NCBI RefSeq assembly: GCF_009914755.1
Contig: NC_060947.1
Strand: one strand, 5' to 3'
DNA from: the human T2T-CHM13v2.0 reference genome, Homo sapiens
DNA: 64,000 bases
This document shows, in pieces, positions 33,246-47,092 of this stretch; position 1 is the stretch's first letter; each line of letters begins with the position of its first letter. Both the position numbers and the translations under genes were made by a program. The notes beneath the pieces were generated by a model, which saw only the letters and a program-made list of their open reading frames with translations, had not been told where the DNA came from and searched no databases.

Positions 33246-34248
33246 GATGGCTGAAGATGGCCGAATAGGAACAGCTCCAGTCTGCAGCTCCCAGTGTCAT
33301 TGATGCAGAAGTTGGGTGATTTCTGCATTTCCAGCTGAGGTAACTGGTTCATCTCACTGGGCCTGATTGGACAGTGAGTGCAGCCCATGGAGGGTGAGCC
33401 GAAGCAGGGTGGGGCATCACCTTAACTGGGAAGTGCAAGGGGTCAGGGAATTTCCCTTTCCTAGCCAAGGGAAGCCGTGACAGACTGTACCTGGAAAAAC
33501 GGGACACTCCCACCCAAATACTGCATTTTTCCCACAGTCTTAGCAACCGGCAGTCTAGGAGATTCTCTCCCGTGCCTGGCTCGGTGAGTCCCACACACAT
33601 GGAGCCTTGCTCACTGCTAGTGCAGCAGTTTGAGATCGACCTGCAAGGCTGCAGCCTTGCTGGGGGAGGGGCACCTGCCATTGCTGAGGCTTTACTAGGT
33701 AAACAAAGTGTCCGGGAAGCTCAAACTGGGTGGAGCCCACCACAGCTCAGCAAGGCCTACTGCCTTTATAGAATCCACCTCTGTGGGCAGGGCGTAGCTA
33801 AACAAAAGGCAGCAGACAACTTCTGCAAACTTAAACATCCCTGTCTGACAGAACTGAAGAGAGCAGTGGTTCTCCCAGTATGGCATTTGAGCTCTGAGAA
33901 CAGACAGACTGCCTCCTCATGTGGGTCCCTGACTGCGGTGTAGCCTAACTGGGAGACACCTCCCAGTAGGGGCCAATAGACACATCATATAGGCGGCTTC
34001 CCTCTGGGACGAAGCTTCCAGAGGAAAAATCAGGGAGCAATATGTGGTGTTCTGCAATATCTACTGTTCTGCAGCCTCTGCTGGTGATACCCAGGCAAAC
34101 GGGCTGGATGGACCTCCAGAAAACTCCAACAGACCTGCAGCTGAGGGACCTGACTGTTAGAAGGAAAACTAGCAAACAGAAAGAAATAACATCAATATCA
34201 ACAAAAAGGACATCCACATAAAAACCCCATCTGTAGATAACCAACATC
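33246..34248 (+). promoter_or_regulatory. L1 5'UTR internal promoter region including YY1-type site AAGATGGCC (~33255-33263)
   Basis: Canonical L1PA 5' terminus. CpGs are largely decayed, so activity is uncertain. Confidence 0.6.
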
Positions 34249-34263
34249 AAAGACCAAACGTAG

Positions 34264-36825
34264 CCCCACATGCCCAGCAGGCATGAGTGCCATGGCCTGG
34301 CTCCCACAGGGCTATGCCAAGCCAGGTGAGCCCCCGCAGCACCCAGGCATGGGCCTGGGCTGCCACTGCTACTGCCACCAGGCGTGGCATTTTTATTCAG
34401 GCGACGCTTAAGGGAGTCCGGCCGTGCCCGGTGCATTGTGGGAGCGGCCCGCAGCCCGTTTTTGGGAGGAGGCGGAGGGTGCAAAGCCAGCCGGTGGATC
34501 CATAAAGAACCCAGCCAACCCACAGAGGGAGGGGAGGGGCTGAGCTGTGAGGAGAGCGGGGCCCAAGAACCATGTCTAAGCGGGAGTCCTTTAACCTGGA
34601 AAGTTATGAATTGGACAAAAGCTTCTGGCTAACCAGATTCACTGAACTGAAGGGCACAGGTTGCAAAGTGCCCCAAGATGTCTTGCAAAAATTGCTGGAA
34701 TCTTTACAGGAGAACCACTTCCAAGAAGATGAGCAGTTTCTGGGAGCCGTTATGCCAAGGCTTCGCATTGGAATGGATACTTGTGCCATTCCTTTGAGGC
34801 ATGGTGGGCTTTCCTTGGTTCAAACCACAGATTACATTTACCCGATCGTAGACGACCCTTACATGATGGGCAGGATAGCATGTGCCAATGTCCTCAGTGA
34901 CCTCTATGCAATGGGGGTCACAGAATGTGACAATATGCTGATGCTCCTTGGAGTCAGTAATAAAATGACCGACAGGGAAAGGGATAAAGTGATGCCTCTG
35001 ATTATCCAAAGTTTTAAAGATGCAGCTGAGGAAGCAGGAATGTCTGTAATGGTCAGCCAAACAGTACTAAATCCCTGGATTGTCCTGGGAGGAGTCACTA
35101 CCACTGTCTTCCAGCCCAATGAATTTATCATGCCAGACAATGCAGTGCCAGGGGACGTGCTGGTGTTGACAAAACCCCTGGGGACACAGGTGGCAGTGGC
35201 TGTGCACCAGTGGCTGGATATTCCTTAGAAATGGAATAAGATTAAGCTAGTGGTCACCGAAGATGTAGAGCTGGCCAACCAGGAGGCGATGATGAACATG
35301 GTGAGGCTCAACAGGACAGCTGCAGGACTCATGCACACGTTCAATGCCCACATGGCCACTGACATCACGGGCTTCGGGATTTTGGGCCACGTGCAGAACC
35401 TAGCCAAGCAGCAGAGGAACGAGGTGTCGTTTGTAATTCACAACCTCCTGGTGCTGGCCAAGATGGCTGCGGTGAGCAAGGCCTGCGGAAACATGTTCAG
35501 CCTCATGCATGGGACCTGCCCGGAGACCTCAGGCGGCCTTCTGATCTGTTTACCATGTCAGCAAGCAGCTCGGTTCTGTGCAGAGATAAAGTCCCCCAAA
35601 TATAGTGAAGGCCACCAAGCATGGATTATTGGGATTGTAGAGAAGGGCAACCACACAGCCAGAATCATAGACAAACCCCAGATCATCAAGGTTGCACCAC
35701 AAGTGGCCACTCAAAATGTGAATCTCACACCCGGGGCCACATCTTAATCTAGACAGAAATAGCTGTTTGGTTTTGTTTTTAAATAGATCTATTTCCCTTA
35801 TCACTTCAACTAAAGACTATAAACAACAAAAATCTCATTGTGTCTACACATCGGGGTGACCTTAGGTCAGTTTGTAAGTGGATACAATTAATAAAATAAA
35901 ATCCACTGCCTTTTTTTCCTGTTACATTAACTGAAGATGCACCTAATCTTGAGGCAGCTTCTGAATTGAGAATTATATTGTTATCCAATGCTGTTGATTC
36001 ATTTTGAATCTTTAGACACTTATCTCTTGCCGCATAGGCTCTTTTTAAAGGTGCTTTCACATAGCACAGACATTACCAGTAGTCATGTCAAATCGCAGTT
36101 GGTGTCTTCATTTTATGTATATTTATCAAGTAAGTCTGATTTTTTTATTAAGCATCTTGAATGGTTTTCTGGAGAGACAGCATTGGTAAGTGGCACATGA
36201 TGGTATCCCAGTCATAAGAGGGTTGCATGATTCCTTTGAGTGTTTGATTTGAAAAGCCTAGTCTTGTCTCTCAAGAGCATCTCGGATCCAGAACATTCTC
36301 CAGTAGTGCATTCAGTTCAACACAGCAAGTGCTTCACTGCATGGAAAACATTTTGAAGACAAAAAAATCTTATATCTTTTTTTGTAGCCTTCCTGATATT
36401 TACAGTAATACGATTAACTGTTTTATCGATAGCAAAAAAGGATACTTTTTGCAATGTAATTAGATGTTCTATAGTGCTACAAGGAATTGCCTTCCAAATG
36501 GAGGTTCATGTATAATACTCATTTACAATTCAATATATAATTATGCAAATAATTTTTAAATATAATGAATAATAAAGACTGTTCTGTGGATGGTAGTGTT
36601 TAATACATTTTATATTTTGTATAGTGATTTCAGGCCTTTTATTTTCTTAAAATCAGTAGCTATTTGGCCTAATTCTTAGCACTATTTTGTCCTTTGCGCC
36701 AGTACTTTTTTGTGCATGCTTTTTGTGATCTGTGTTAAAAACCTGCATTGCCAACATTGCAGCTCGAACTTAAACTTGTTATTCAAATAAATATTTAATT
36801 TTTTTAAATTGCTCTTGCATAAAAA
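34264..36825 (+). pseudogene. SEPHS1P4: Processed pseudogene of selenophosphate synthetase 1 (SEPHS1); CDS remnant 34572-35747; probably SEPHS1P4
   Basis: Intronless. ORFs 34572-35228 and 35250-35747 share one frame (LKGTGCKVP...TPGATS), with TAG at 35226-35228 and a one-codon deletion. 5' and 3'UTRs, AATAAA 36786-36791, A-tail, and 15-bp TSD aaagaccaaa(c/g)gtag at 34249-34263 and 36826-36840. The P-number is recalled and less certain than the parent gene. Confidence 0.95.
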
Positions 36826-39800
36826 AAAGACCAAAGGTAGATAAAACCACAAAGACGGTGAGAAACCAGAGCAGAAAAGCTGAAAATTCTAAAAACAAGA
36901 GTGCCTTTTCTCCTCCAAAGGATCGCAACTCCTCGCCAGCAATGGAACAAAGCTGTATGGAGAATGACTTTGACGAGTTGACAAAAGTAGCCTTCAGAAG
37001 GTCAGTAATAACAAACTTTTCTGACCTAAAGGAGAATGTTCTAGCCCATTGGAAGGAAGCAAAAAACCTTGAGAAAAAGGTTAGACGAATGGCCAACTAG
37101 AATAAACAGTGTAGAGAAGACCTTAAATGACCTGATGGAGCTGAAAACCATGGCACAAGAACTTCGTGATGGATGCACAAGCTTCAATAGCCGATTCAAT
37201 CAAGTAGAAGAAATGGTATCAGTGATTGAAGATCAAATTAATGAAATAAAGCAAGAAGACAAGTTTAGAGAAAAAAGAGTAAAAAGAAACAGACAAAGCC
37301 TCCAAGAAATATGGGACTATGTGAAAAGACCAAACCTATGTTTGATTGGTGTACCTGAAAGTGACGGGGAGAATGGAACCAAGTTGGAAAACACTATTCA
37401 GGATTATAAGCCAGAAGAACTTCCCCAACATAGCAAGGCAGGCCAACATTCAAATTCAGGAAAAACACAGAACACCACAAAGCTACTCCTCGAGAAGAGC
37501 AAACCCAAGACACATAATTGTCAGATTCACCAAGGTTGAAATGAAGGAAAAAATGTTAAGCAAAGCCAGAGAGAAAAGTCGGGTTACCCACAAAAGGAAA
37601 CCCATCAGACTAACAGTGGATATCTCTACAGAAACCCTACAAGCCAGAAGAGAGTGGGGGCCAATATTCAACATCCTTAAAGAAAAGAATTTTCAACCAA
37701 GAATTTCATATCCAGCCACACTAACCTTCTTAAGGGAAGGAGAAATAAAATCCTTTACAGACAAGCAAATGCTGACAGATTTTGTCACCACCAGACGTGC
37801 CTTACAAGAGCTCCTGAAGGAAGCACTAAACATGGAAAGGAAAAACCGGTACCAGCCAGTGCAAAAACATGCCAAATTGTAAAGACCATTGATACTATGA
37901 AGAAACTGCATCAATTAATGGGCAAAATAACCAGCTAACATCATAATGGCAAGATCAAATTCAAACATAACAATATTAACCTTAAATGTAAATGGGCTAA
38001 ATGCCCCAATTAAAATACAGAGACTGTCAACTTGGATAAAAAGTCAAGACCCATCAGTGTGCTGTATTCAGGAGACCCATCTCACGTGCAGAGATGCACA
38101 TAGGCTCAAAATAAAGGGATGGAGGAAGATCTACCAAGCAAATGGGAAGCAACAAAAAGTAGGGGTTGCAATCCTAGTCTCTGATGAAAACGGAATATTA
38201 AACCAACAAAGATGAAAAGAGACAAAGAAGGCCATTACATAATGGTAAAGGGATCAAGTCAACAATGAGAGCTAACTATCCTAAATATATATGCACCCAA
38301 TACAGGAGCACCCAGATTCATAAAGCAAGTCCTTAGAGACCTACAAAGAGACTTAGACTCCCACACAATAATAATGGGAGACTTTAACACCCCACTGTCA
38401 ATATTAGACAGATCAATGAGACAGAAGGTTAAAAAGGATATCCAAAACCTGAACCCAGCTCTGCACCAGGCAGACCTAATAGACATCTACAAAACTCTCC
38501 ACCAAAACTCAACAGAATATGCATTCTTCTTAGCACCACATCGCACTTATTCTAAAATTGACCACATAATTGGAAGTAAAGCACTCCTCAGCAAATGTAA
38601 AAGAAAAGAAATCACCACAAACAGTCTCTCAGACCACAGTGCAATCAAATTAGAACTCAGGATTAAAAAACTCACTCAAAACCACACAACTACATAGAAA
38701 CTGAACAACCTGCTCCTGAATGAATGCTAGGTACATAATGAAATGAAGACAGAAATAAATATGTTCTTTGAAACCAATGAGAACAAAGACACAACGTACC
38801 AGAATCTCTGAGACACATTTAAAGCAGTGTGTAGAGGGAAATTTACAGCACTAAATGCCCACAAGAGAAAGCAGGAAAGATCTAAAATCAACACCCTAAC
38901 ATCACAATTAAAGGAACAAGAGAAGCAAGAGCAAACAAATTCAAAGCTAGCAGAAGGCGATAAATAACTAAGAACAGAGCAGAACCAAAGGAGATTAAAA
39001 AAAAAAACCTTCAAAAGAGAAGAATCAAATAGACACAATAAGAAATGATAAAGGGGATATCACCACTGATCCCACAGAAATACAAACTACCATCAGAGAA
39101 TACTGTAAACACCTCTATGCAAATAAACTAGAAAACCTAGAAGAAATGGATAAATTCCTGGCCACATACAACCTCCCAAGACTAAACAAGAAAGAAGTTG
39201 AATATCTGAATAGACCAATAACAGGTTCTAAAACTGAGGCAATAATTAATAGCCTACCAACAAAAAAGTCCAGGACCAGACAGATTCACAGCCAAATTCT
39301 ACCAGAGGTAAAAAGAGGAGCTGCTACCATTCCTTCCGAAACTATTCCGATAAATAGAAAAAGAGGGAATCCTCCCTAACTCATTTTATGAGGCCAGCAT
39401 CATCCTAATAGCAAAGCCTGGCACTGACAAAACAAAAACAGAGAATTTTAGGCCAATATCCATGATGAACATCAATGCAGAAATCCTCAATAAAATACTG
39501 GCAAACCGAATCCAGCAGCACATCAAAAAGCTTATCCTCCACAATCAAGATGGCTTCATCCCTGGGATGCAAGGCTGGTTCAACATATGCAAATCAATAA
39601 ACATAATCCATCACATAAACAGAACCAATGACAAAATCCACGTTTATCTCAATAGATGCAGATAAGGGCTTTGACAAAATTCAACGGCCCTTCATGCTAA
39701 AAACTCAATAAACTAGGTTTTGATGGAACATATCTCAAAATAATAAGAGCTATTTATGACAAACCCACAGGCAATACCATACTGAATGGGCAAAAACTGG

Positions 39801-39963
39801 AAGCATTCCCTCTGAAACCCAGCACAAGACCAGGATGCCCTCTCTCACCACTCCTATTCAACACAGTGTTGAAAGTTCTGGCTAGGGCAATCAGGCAAGA
39901 GAAAGAAATAAAGGGTATTGAATTAGGAAGAGAAGATGTCAAATTGTCTCTGTTTGCAGATGA

Positions 39964-40137
<174 letters not shown>

Positions 40138-43100
40138 TGAGTGAACTCCCTTTCACAATTGCTACAAAGAGAATAAAATACCTAGGAATCCAACTTTCAA
40201 GGGATGTGAAGGACCTCTTCAAGGAGAACTATAAAACACTGCTCATCAAAATAAAAGAGGACACAAACAAATGGAAGAATATTCCGTGCTCATGCATAGG
40301 AAGAATCAATATCGTGAAAATGGCCATACTGCCCAAGGTAATTTATAGATTCAATGCCATTACCATCAAGCTACCAATGACTTTCTTCACAGAATTGGAA
40401 AAAACTACTTTAAAGTTCATATGGAACCAAAAAAGAGTCCACATTACCAAGACAATCCTAAGCAAAAAGAACAAAACTGGAGGCATCATGCTACCTGACT
40501 TCAAACTATACTATAAGACTACAGTAACCAAAACAGCATGGTAATGGTACCAAAACAGATATATAGAACAATGGAACAGAACAGAGGCCTCAGAAATAAC
40601 ACCACACATCTACAACCATCTGATCTTTGATGAAACTGACAAAAACGAGAAATGGGGAAAGGATTCCCTATTTAATAAATGGTGCTGGGAAAACTGGCTA
40701 GCCATATGTAGAAAGCTGAAAGTAGATCCCATCCTTACACCATATGCAAAAATTAACTCAAGATGGATTAAAGACTTAAATGTTAGACCTAACACCATAA
40801 AAACCCTAGAAGAAAACCTAGGCAATACCATTCAGGACATAGGCATGGGCAAAGACTTCATGAGTAAAACACCAAAAGCAAAGGCAATAAAAGTCAAAAT
40901 TGACAAATGGGATCTAATTAAACTAAAGAGCTTCTGCACAGCAAAAGAAACTACCATCAGAGTGAACAGACAACCTACAGAATGGGAGAAAATCTTTGCA
41001 ATCTACCCATCTGACAAAAGACTAATAACCAGAATCTACAAAGAACTTAAACAAATTTACAAGAAAAAAAAACCCCATCAAAAAGTAGGCAAAGGATATG
41101 AACAGACACTTCTCAAAAGAAGACATTTATGCAGCCAACAGACATGAAAAAAGCTCATCGTCCCTGGTCATCAGAGAAATGCAAATCAAAACCACAATAA
41201 GATACCATCTCACGCCAGTTAGAATGGTGATCATTAAAAAGCCAGGAAACAACAGATGCTGGAGAGGATGCGGAGAAATAGGAATGCTTTTACACTGTTG
41301 GTGGGAGTGTAAATTAGTTCAACTATTGTGGAAGACAGTGTGGTGATTCCTTAAGGATCTAGAACTAGAAATACCATTTGACCCAGCAATCCCATTACTG
41401 GGTATATACCCAAAGGATTATAAATCATGCTACTCTAAGGTCACATGCACATGTATATTTATTCCAGCACTATTCACAATAGCAAACAGTTGGAACCAAC
41501 CCAAATGTCCATCAATGATAGACTGGATTAAGAAAACCTGGCACATATACACCATGGAATACTAAGCAGCTATAAAAAGGATGAGTTCATGTCATTTGCA
41601 GGGACATGAATGAAGCTGGAAACCATCATTCTAAGCAAACTGTCACAAGGAGAGAAAACCAAACACCACATGTTCTCACTCATAGGTGGGAGTTGAACAA
41701 CGAGAACACATGGACACAGGGTGGGGACCATCACATACCAGAGCCTGTTAGTGGGTGGGAGGCTGGGGGAGGGCTAGCATTAGGAGAAATACCTAATGTA
41801 AATGACACGTTGATGGGTGCAGCAAACCAACATGGCACATGTATACCTCTGTAACAAACCTGCATGTTGTGCACATGTACCCTAGAACTTAAAGTATAAT
41901 AATAATAAAAAAAGAAATATATTTGTTCTTTTCATTTCTGAAGGACAGCTTTTCCTGTCATAGTGTCTTGATTGGCAGGTTTTTTTTTCATGACTTAAAT
42001 ATATTATTCCACTCTCTCGGCCTGCAAGTTTTCTGCTAAGAATTCACAGATAACCTTATGAAGATTCCCTTGCATGAGATTAGTCTGTTTTTTCTTGCTG
42101 CTTTCAAAATTATGTCTTTTTCTTTGACTTTTGACAATTTGATTATAATGTGTCTATATATAATCTTCTTTGGGTTTATTTTGCTTGAAAGTCTTTAAGC
42201 TTCATGAGTCTGGATATTTATATCTTTCCTAAGATTTGAGAATTTTCTACCTTTATTTGTTTGCATAAGCTTTCTTGCTATTTCTCTCTCTCCCTCCCTC
42301 CTCCCCCACCTTCTTAGAATCTGATAATGCATATTTTTATTCACTTGATGGTGTCCCTTAGGTCTCATAGGGACATTCACTCTTTTTTATTCTTTTTTTT
42401 ATTTTTTGTTCCTTTAACTGACTAATTTCTTGAACTACTGACCTCAGGTGATCTACCTGCCTCAGCCTTTCAAAATGCTGAGACAACAGGTATAAGCCTC
42501 CACACCTGGCTAACTGGCTTATTTCAAATGACTCGTCTTTGAACTGACTGCTTGAGTCTGCTGTTGAAGCTTTATTCTGTTTGCGTCTTCTGTCGAAGCT
42601 CTCTATTGAATTTTTTCCTTCTTTCCTTGTATTCTTCAGCTTCAGGACTTCTTTTTAGTTCTTTTTTAAGGTTTCTATTTCTTTATTAAACTTCTCTTTT
42701 TTCATGCATTGTTTTCCTGGTTTTGTGTAGTTGTTTATCTGTCATCTTACATCTCATTGAGCTTCTTTAAATGACGATTTTGAATCCTTTGCCAGGTATT
42801 TCATATATCTACATTTCCTTGGGGTTGATTACTGGAGCTTTATTAGTCTCCTGTGGTGGTGTCATGTGTGCCTGATTTTTTTAAAATCCATGTAGCCTCA
42901 TATTGATGTCTATACATTTGAATGCACAAACATCTCTTTCAGTCTTTACTGACTGGCTTTGGCAGGTAAAGACCTTTTCCTGTTGGATCCCCAAGCTTAT
43001 GGAATTGCCATCTAGATTGCAGTGAAACAGTCTTGGAGCTGAGTCACATGGCTGTTGCTGGGTGCCCAGCAGGTCTGCAGTTGGTGTGTCTGTTAACAGA

Positions 43101-44839
43101 GTCTCAGACTAATGTAGATTCTGTCTAGCTCCTATGGACTGAACTACCTTCAGGACCTTCATCAATAGAGCTAGCTCTGGTTAAAGTGTCCACTTCAGTG
43201 TCTTTAGACAGTGGACTTGTTACCAGGTGGTATAAATGAGTGTGGTTTCCACTGAATCATTGGGAGGGCTCTTATCAATTTACTGGCCAGGTCCCTGGGC
43301 AGGAAGGACAGGCCACATATCATGGCTGAGAGGAGCTGAAACCAAGTCATAGGGCTACTTCAGGGTCCACAGCTGAGAATGAGGTCTGCAAACCTGACTC
43401 CAGGGGCATGGACAGGTATGCATCCTCCTGGGTGGGAAGGCAGGACTACTCCTAATTTTATCTGAGTGAACCTGGATCTTTGTCTCAGGGCTGCTTCAGA
43501 ATCTGCAGTCAGAACAAAATTAGTAGGCCTACCACCCAGGACATGGATGGGCATGTTACCCAACAAATCCCTGAGTGGGAAGGACTACTCCTGGACCATG
43601 ATTGGGAAGGGGTAGAACTGAGTTACAGTGCTGCCTCATGATCCACAGTCAGACTGAGCTTGGCAAACCTGCCTCCAGTAGCACAAATGGATGTGTCTAC
43701 TGGTGGATACCTGGAAAGGCAGAAATATGCTCAGACCACAGTTAGGAAGAGCTGGAACTGAGTTACAGGACTGTTTCAGAATCTGCTATGGGACTGAATT
43801 TAGCAGACCTGCTTCTAAGGGTGTGGATGGGCATGTATCACAGCATATTCATGTGCGGGCAGAACTGTTGCCCAATCACATCTGAGAGGGGATGGAGGCA
43901 GGTCATGGATCCTTTCAGGGTCCATATCCAGGACCAAGGTTAGCAGGCCTATTACCTAAAACATGGTGTAGGCATGACTTCTCTTGGGTTTCTTGGCATA
44001 TGGATTGGGTGGCAGATCCAAGACTAAACAGGACTGTAGCTGAGTCCACAGGGGGCAACAATGTTTCTAGGTCTGTAGCCAGGACTGTGGTAGGCAAGCC
44101 TTCCACCTGGGCACAGGCCTGCCTTCTCACAATGGTCCTCCTTGGCCTTGTGCTCCACCAAGATTTTGCAACTTCCTACCTGGATCCCAAAGCTTCCACA
44201 AAGGCACTTTTGTTTGTGGATAGTTCCCAAATTATTGTTGTTGTGGAAGGATATAAGGGGGGATACCTGTTATTCTGCCGTCTTGTTCTCACATAGCTTC
44301 TTAACATACCAAACTCTGTAAAGCATGCTTACTACTTCTCTATGAAAGTCACCAGTTAAAATTCTGGAAAGGACAGGGCTTTGAAGAATAAAGCCTCAGG
44401 ACAGTACTATGGAACATCATCAGAACACTCTTTACACTTTTGTAATAATTTCTTAATCAGAACACTTAACATAGAGAACTCTAAATAGTTACATGCTCAC
44501 TTAATTGTATTATTATCCAATCCATATATCTCTGTGTTGTCTACAAGGATATAATTAAAGACCATGTCAAATACTTCCTTGAGATTAAAATGTGATATAA
44601 CCCACATTGGTGATCTGTCTAGCTTGTAAACATGTCAAAACAGAAAATGCAGTTAGTCTGATGTTAATGGATTATTTTTTTAATTTTTACTGCACGTTGG
44701 GGCCTAGTAAGTAGCTCTTTCACTTTTAAGTGCTGACGGCCAACCTTTTAAATAAGCTATTCTAAGATTTTGGGGGGAGACTGGCATAAAGTTTACTGTT
44801 ATTTGGTTGAAACATTTCATTCTCGTGTGTTATACAAAT

Positions 44840-45492
44840 ATAGTCAACTCTCAGCATTCATGGTAGTTATGCTCTATAAAGCCACTGCAAACATTGATTT
44901 AGCAAATACTGAACCATTTCTTCTAGAGGAAGTACAGGGTTAAGTTCTTGTGAGCCTCTGGTCACAAAACGTTTTTCAACCAGTCAATATATAACCTTGT
45001 TTTATGTGTGTTTCCGTTTAAAGCCACGTTATTTGAATATATTGTTGTTTCATTAACTTTGAGATTAGGGGCAAAACCACTATAATTCATGCCTGAACCA
45101 AGCTTATCTAACACGTGTATTTTATCCTCACGGCCTATCCCATTCTTGCCCTTAGGACCCCTAGACAACACTTCAGCACTATGCTTGCCAGCAATTTAAA
45201 ATAGTAAAACCACCAACAAAAGAAACAAAAATGTGAAAGACATGATAGGAAATAGACAATACAAAAGATATTTGTTTATAGTATGAGAGATGAAACAAAA
45301 AGACAGAGTATCACTTTGTTCAACCTCAGCTGGAAATGTGCACTTCAGATGACTCACAATTTTTACCACTCTGAGCATGTTTACAAATAACTGAAAAAGT
45401 GATGTAAGTATTAATTTGGGGATTACAACTAAATTTTAGAAAGGAAGTGAATTTTCAAATACAGAAAATGTAAATATTAGGGATCAGCTATG
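44840..45492. mobile_element. MER82-like TcMar-Tigger DNA transposon
   Basis: Degenerate terminal inverted repeats with TA flanks. Body resembles MER82 (gtagttatgctctataaagccactgcaaac). Confidence 0.75.
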
Positions 45493-45994
45493 TAATAATC
45501 TTCTCAAATAGCTTCAATATACCTACCTTGAAGCTGAGGGTAATAGCACTGGAGAGTTGGGCATGATGAGACTTCAATGATGTAATCTTTTATAAGATTT
45601 TTAAAGAAATGAAATAAATGTCAACAATAACAGAAGAAAATTGAAGATTATAGTAAGCAACTGAGACAACTAAAGTATTCTAGAACCAACTGTTGAATCT
45701 CCCCAGGTTATCTGGTGCTATTAAATTGCATAACCTAGTATCATAAGAACGTTGTACTCAAGGTCCATTTTCCAAAGGTTATTAAAGTACTTCTTGATGT
45801 GGGGAAAGGGCAATGACCAGGTTATAGGGTAGAGCTGGTTTACTAAGCTTTGTTCCAACTTGACTTGCCCTCCTTAACACTATCACTTATAGTGTTAACA
45901 CTAACACATAAATCCTTCTTCTTTGACTGCCGGAAGTTCCATCTAGTCCCTATTTCCATTTTGACTTTCTCTAGTGTCTTTAATCATTCCATAG

Positions 45995-46095
45995 GTGCCC
46001 ATAGTGGGAGAAGGTGAGACCAGCCACAGTAATAGTGACACTGATAATGTGAAGGTCACCATTTGCAGCATAAAGAAATGTTTCTCTGTGTTCAT
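45995..46095 (+). pseudogene. TSX: Fossil TSX exon (101 nt); donor reads GCGTGT
   Basis: Acceptor cattccatag. Phase-0 start matches the phase-0 end of exon 4693-4777. VPIVGEGETSHSNSDTDNVKVTICSIKKCFSVFM matches recalled mouse Tsx GCTEDDETSHSDRDIDNNVKVITGNIKASPSMYM and the FIP1L1 motif DDVHVTIGDIK. Confidence 0.85.
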
Positions 46096-46544
46096 GCGTG
46101 TGACCTTAAATTTACTTAAGAAAGCCAGGGGACATCCAAAAAGAAGGAAAACAGTACAAAAGGAATTTGAGTTACCTGTTTGTTACCTGTGCTTGAAATG
46201 TTACCCTTGGTATCAGATGGAAAGAAACATAGGAAGGCAATGATAACTGTCATAGTGATAACTGTCATCACTATAGACTGGTTGTGATATTCTGTGGCTG
46301 CTTTGTGGGGTTTTTTTGTTTTGATATTTTATTTTATTCCAATCTTTTCACAGAGATATTTTTGAGTGTTGTCTTGTTTAGGATTTTATTATTGCTGCTC
46401 TTGTCATTCTGTGCATTTTTTGTTGAAAATTTCAGAGTTTATAGGGTGAGAGAGCTATTTTATTTCTGATAAAGCAGCTTCTAAGTGAAAACAATATTCT
46501 GTAAAAGTCAGAAGTTTTACATTCTACTTAACAACCTACTGTTA

Positions 46545-47092
46545 GTTTGTGTATTAGGGTTCTCCAGAGGGACAGAACTAATAGAATAGATGTATATATG
46601 AAGGGGAGCTTATTGAGGAGTATCGACTTGCATGATGGTAAGGTGAAGTCCCACAATAGGCTGTCTGCAAGCTGAGGAGCAAGGAAGCCAGTCCAAGTCT
46701 CAAAACCTCAAAAGTAGGGAATCCAACAAATGCGGCCTTCAGTCTGTGGCCAAAAGCCTGAGAGCCCTTGGCAAACCTCTGGTGTAAATCCAAGAGTTCA
46801 AAAGCTGAAGAACTTGGAGTCTAATGTTCAAGGCAGGAAGCATCCAGCAGGGAAGAAAGATGAAGGCCAGAAGACTGAGCAAGTTGGCTTCTTCCACCTT
46901 CTTCTGCCTGCTTTATTCTAGCCAGGCTGGCAGTTTATTGTATGGTGCCCACCCAAATTGAGGGTGGGTCTGCCCCTCCCAGTCCACTGACTCAGATGTT
47001 AGTCTCCTTTGGCAACACACTCACAGACACACCCAGGAGCAATATGTGCATCCTTCAATCCAATCAAGTTGACACTTAATATTAACCATCAC
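46545..47092 (-). mobile_element. MLT2A-type ERVL solo LTR
   Basis: tattagggttctccagagggacagaac ... caatccaatcaagttgacacttaatattaaccatcac. Confidence 0.85.

Noticed and set aside
33945-34523. 192-aa minus-strand ORF as a novel gene or L1 ORF0
   Set aside because: It is a chance read-through of the GC-rich retrocopy UTR into antisense L1 5'UTR, with no recognisable domain.
35226-35228. In-frame stop in a selenium-pathway gene as selenocysteine recoding
   Set aside because: The codon is TAG, not TGA, and lies at a Glu position. The Sec-equivalent site is Thr (KGTGCK), diagnostic of SEPHS1, which is not a selenoprotein.
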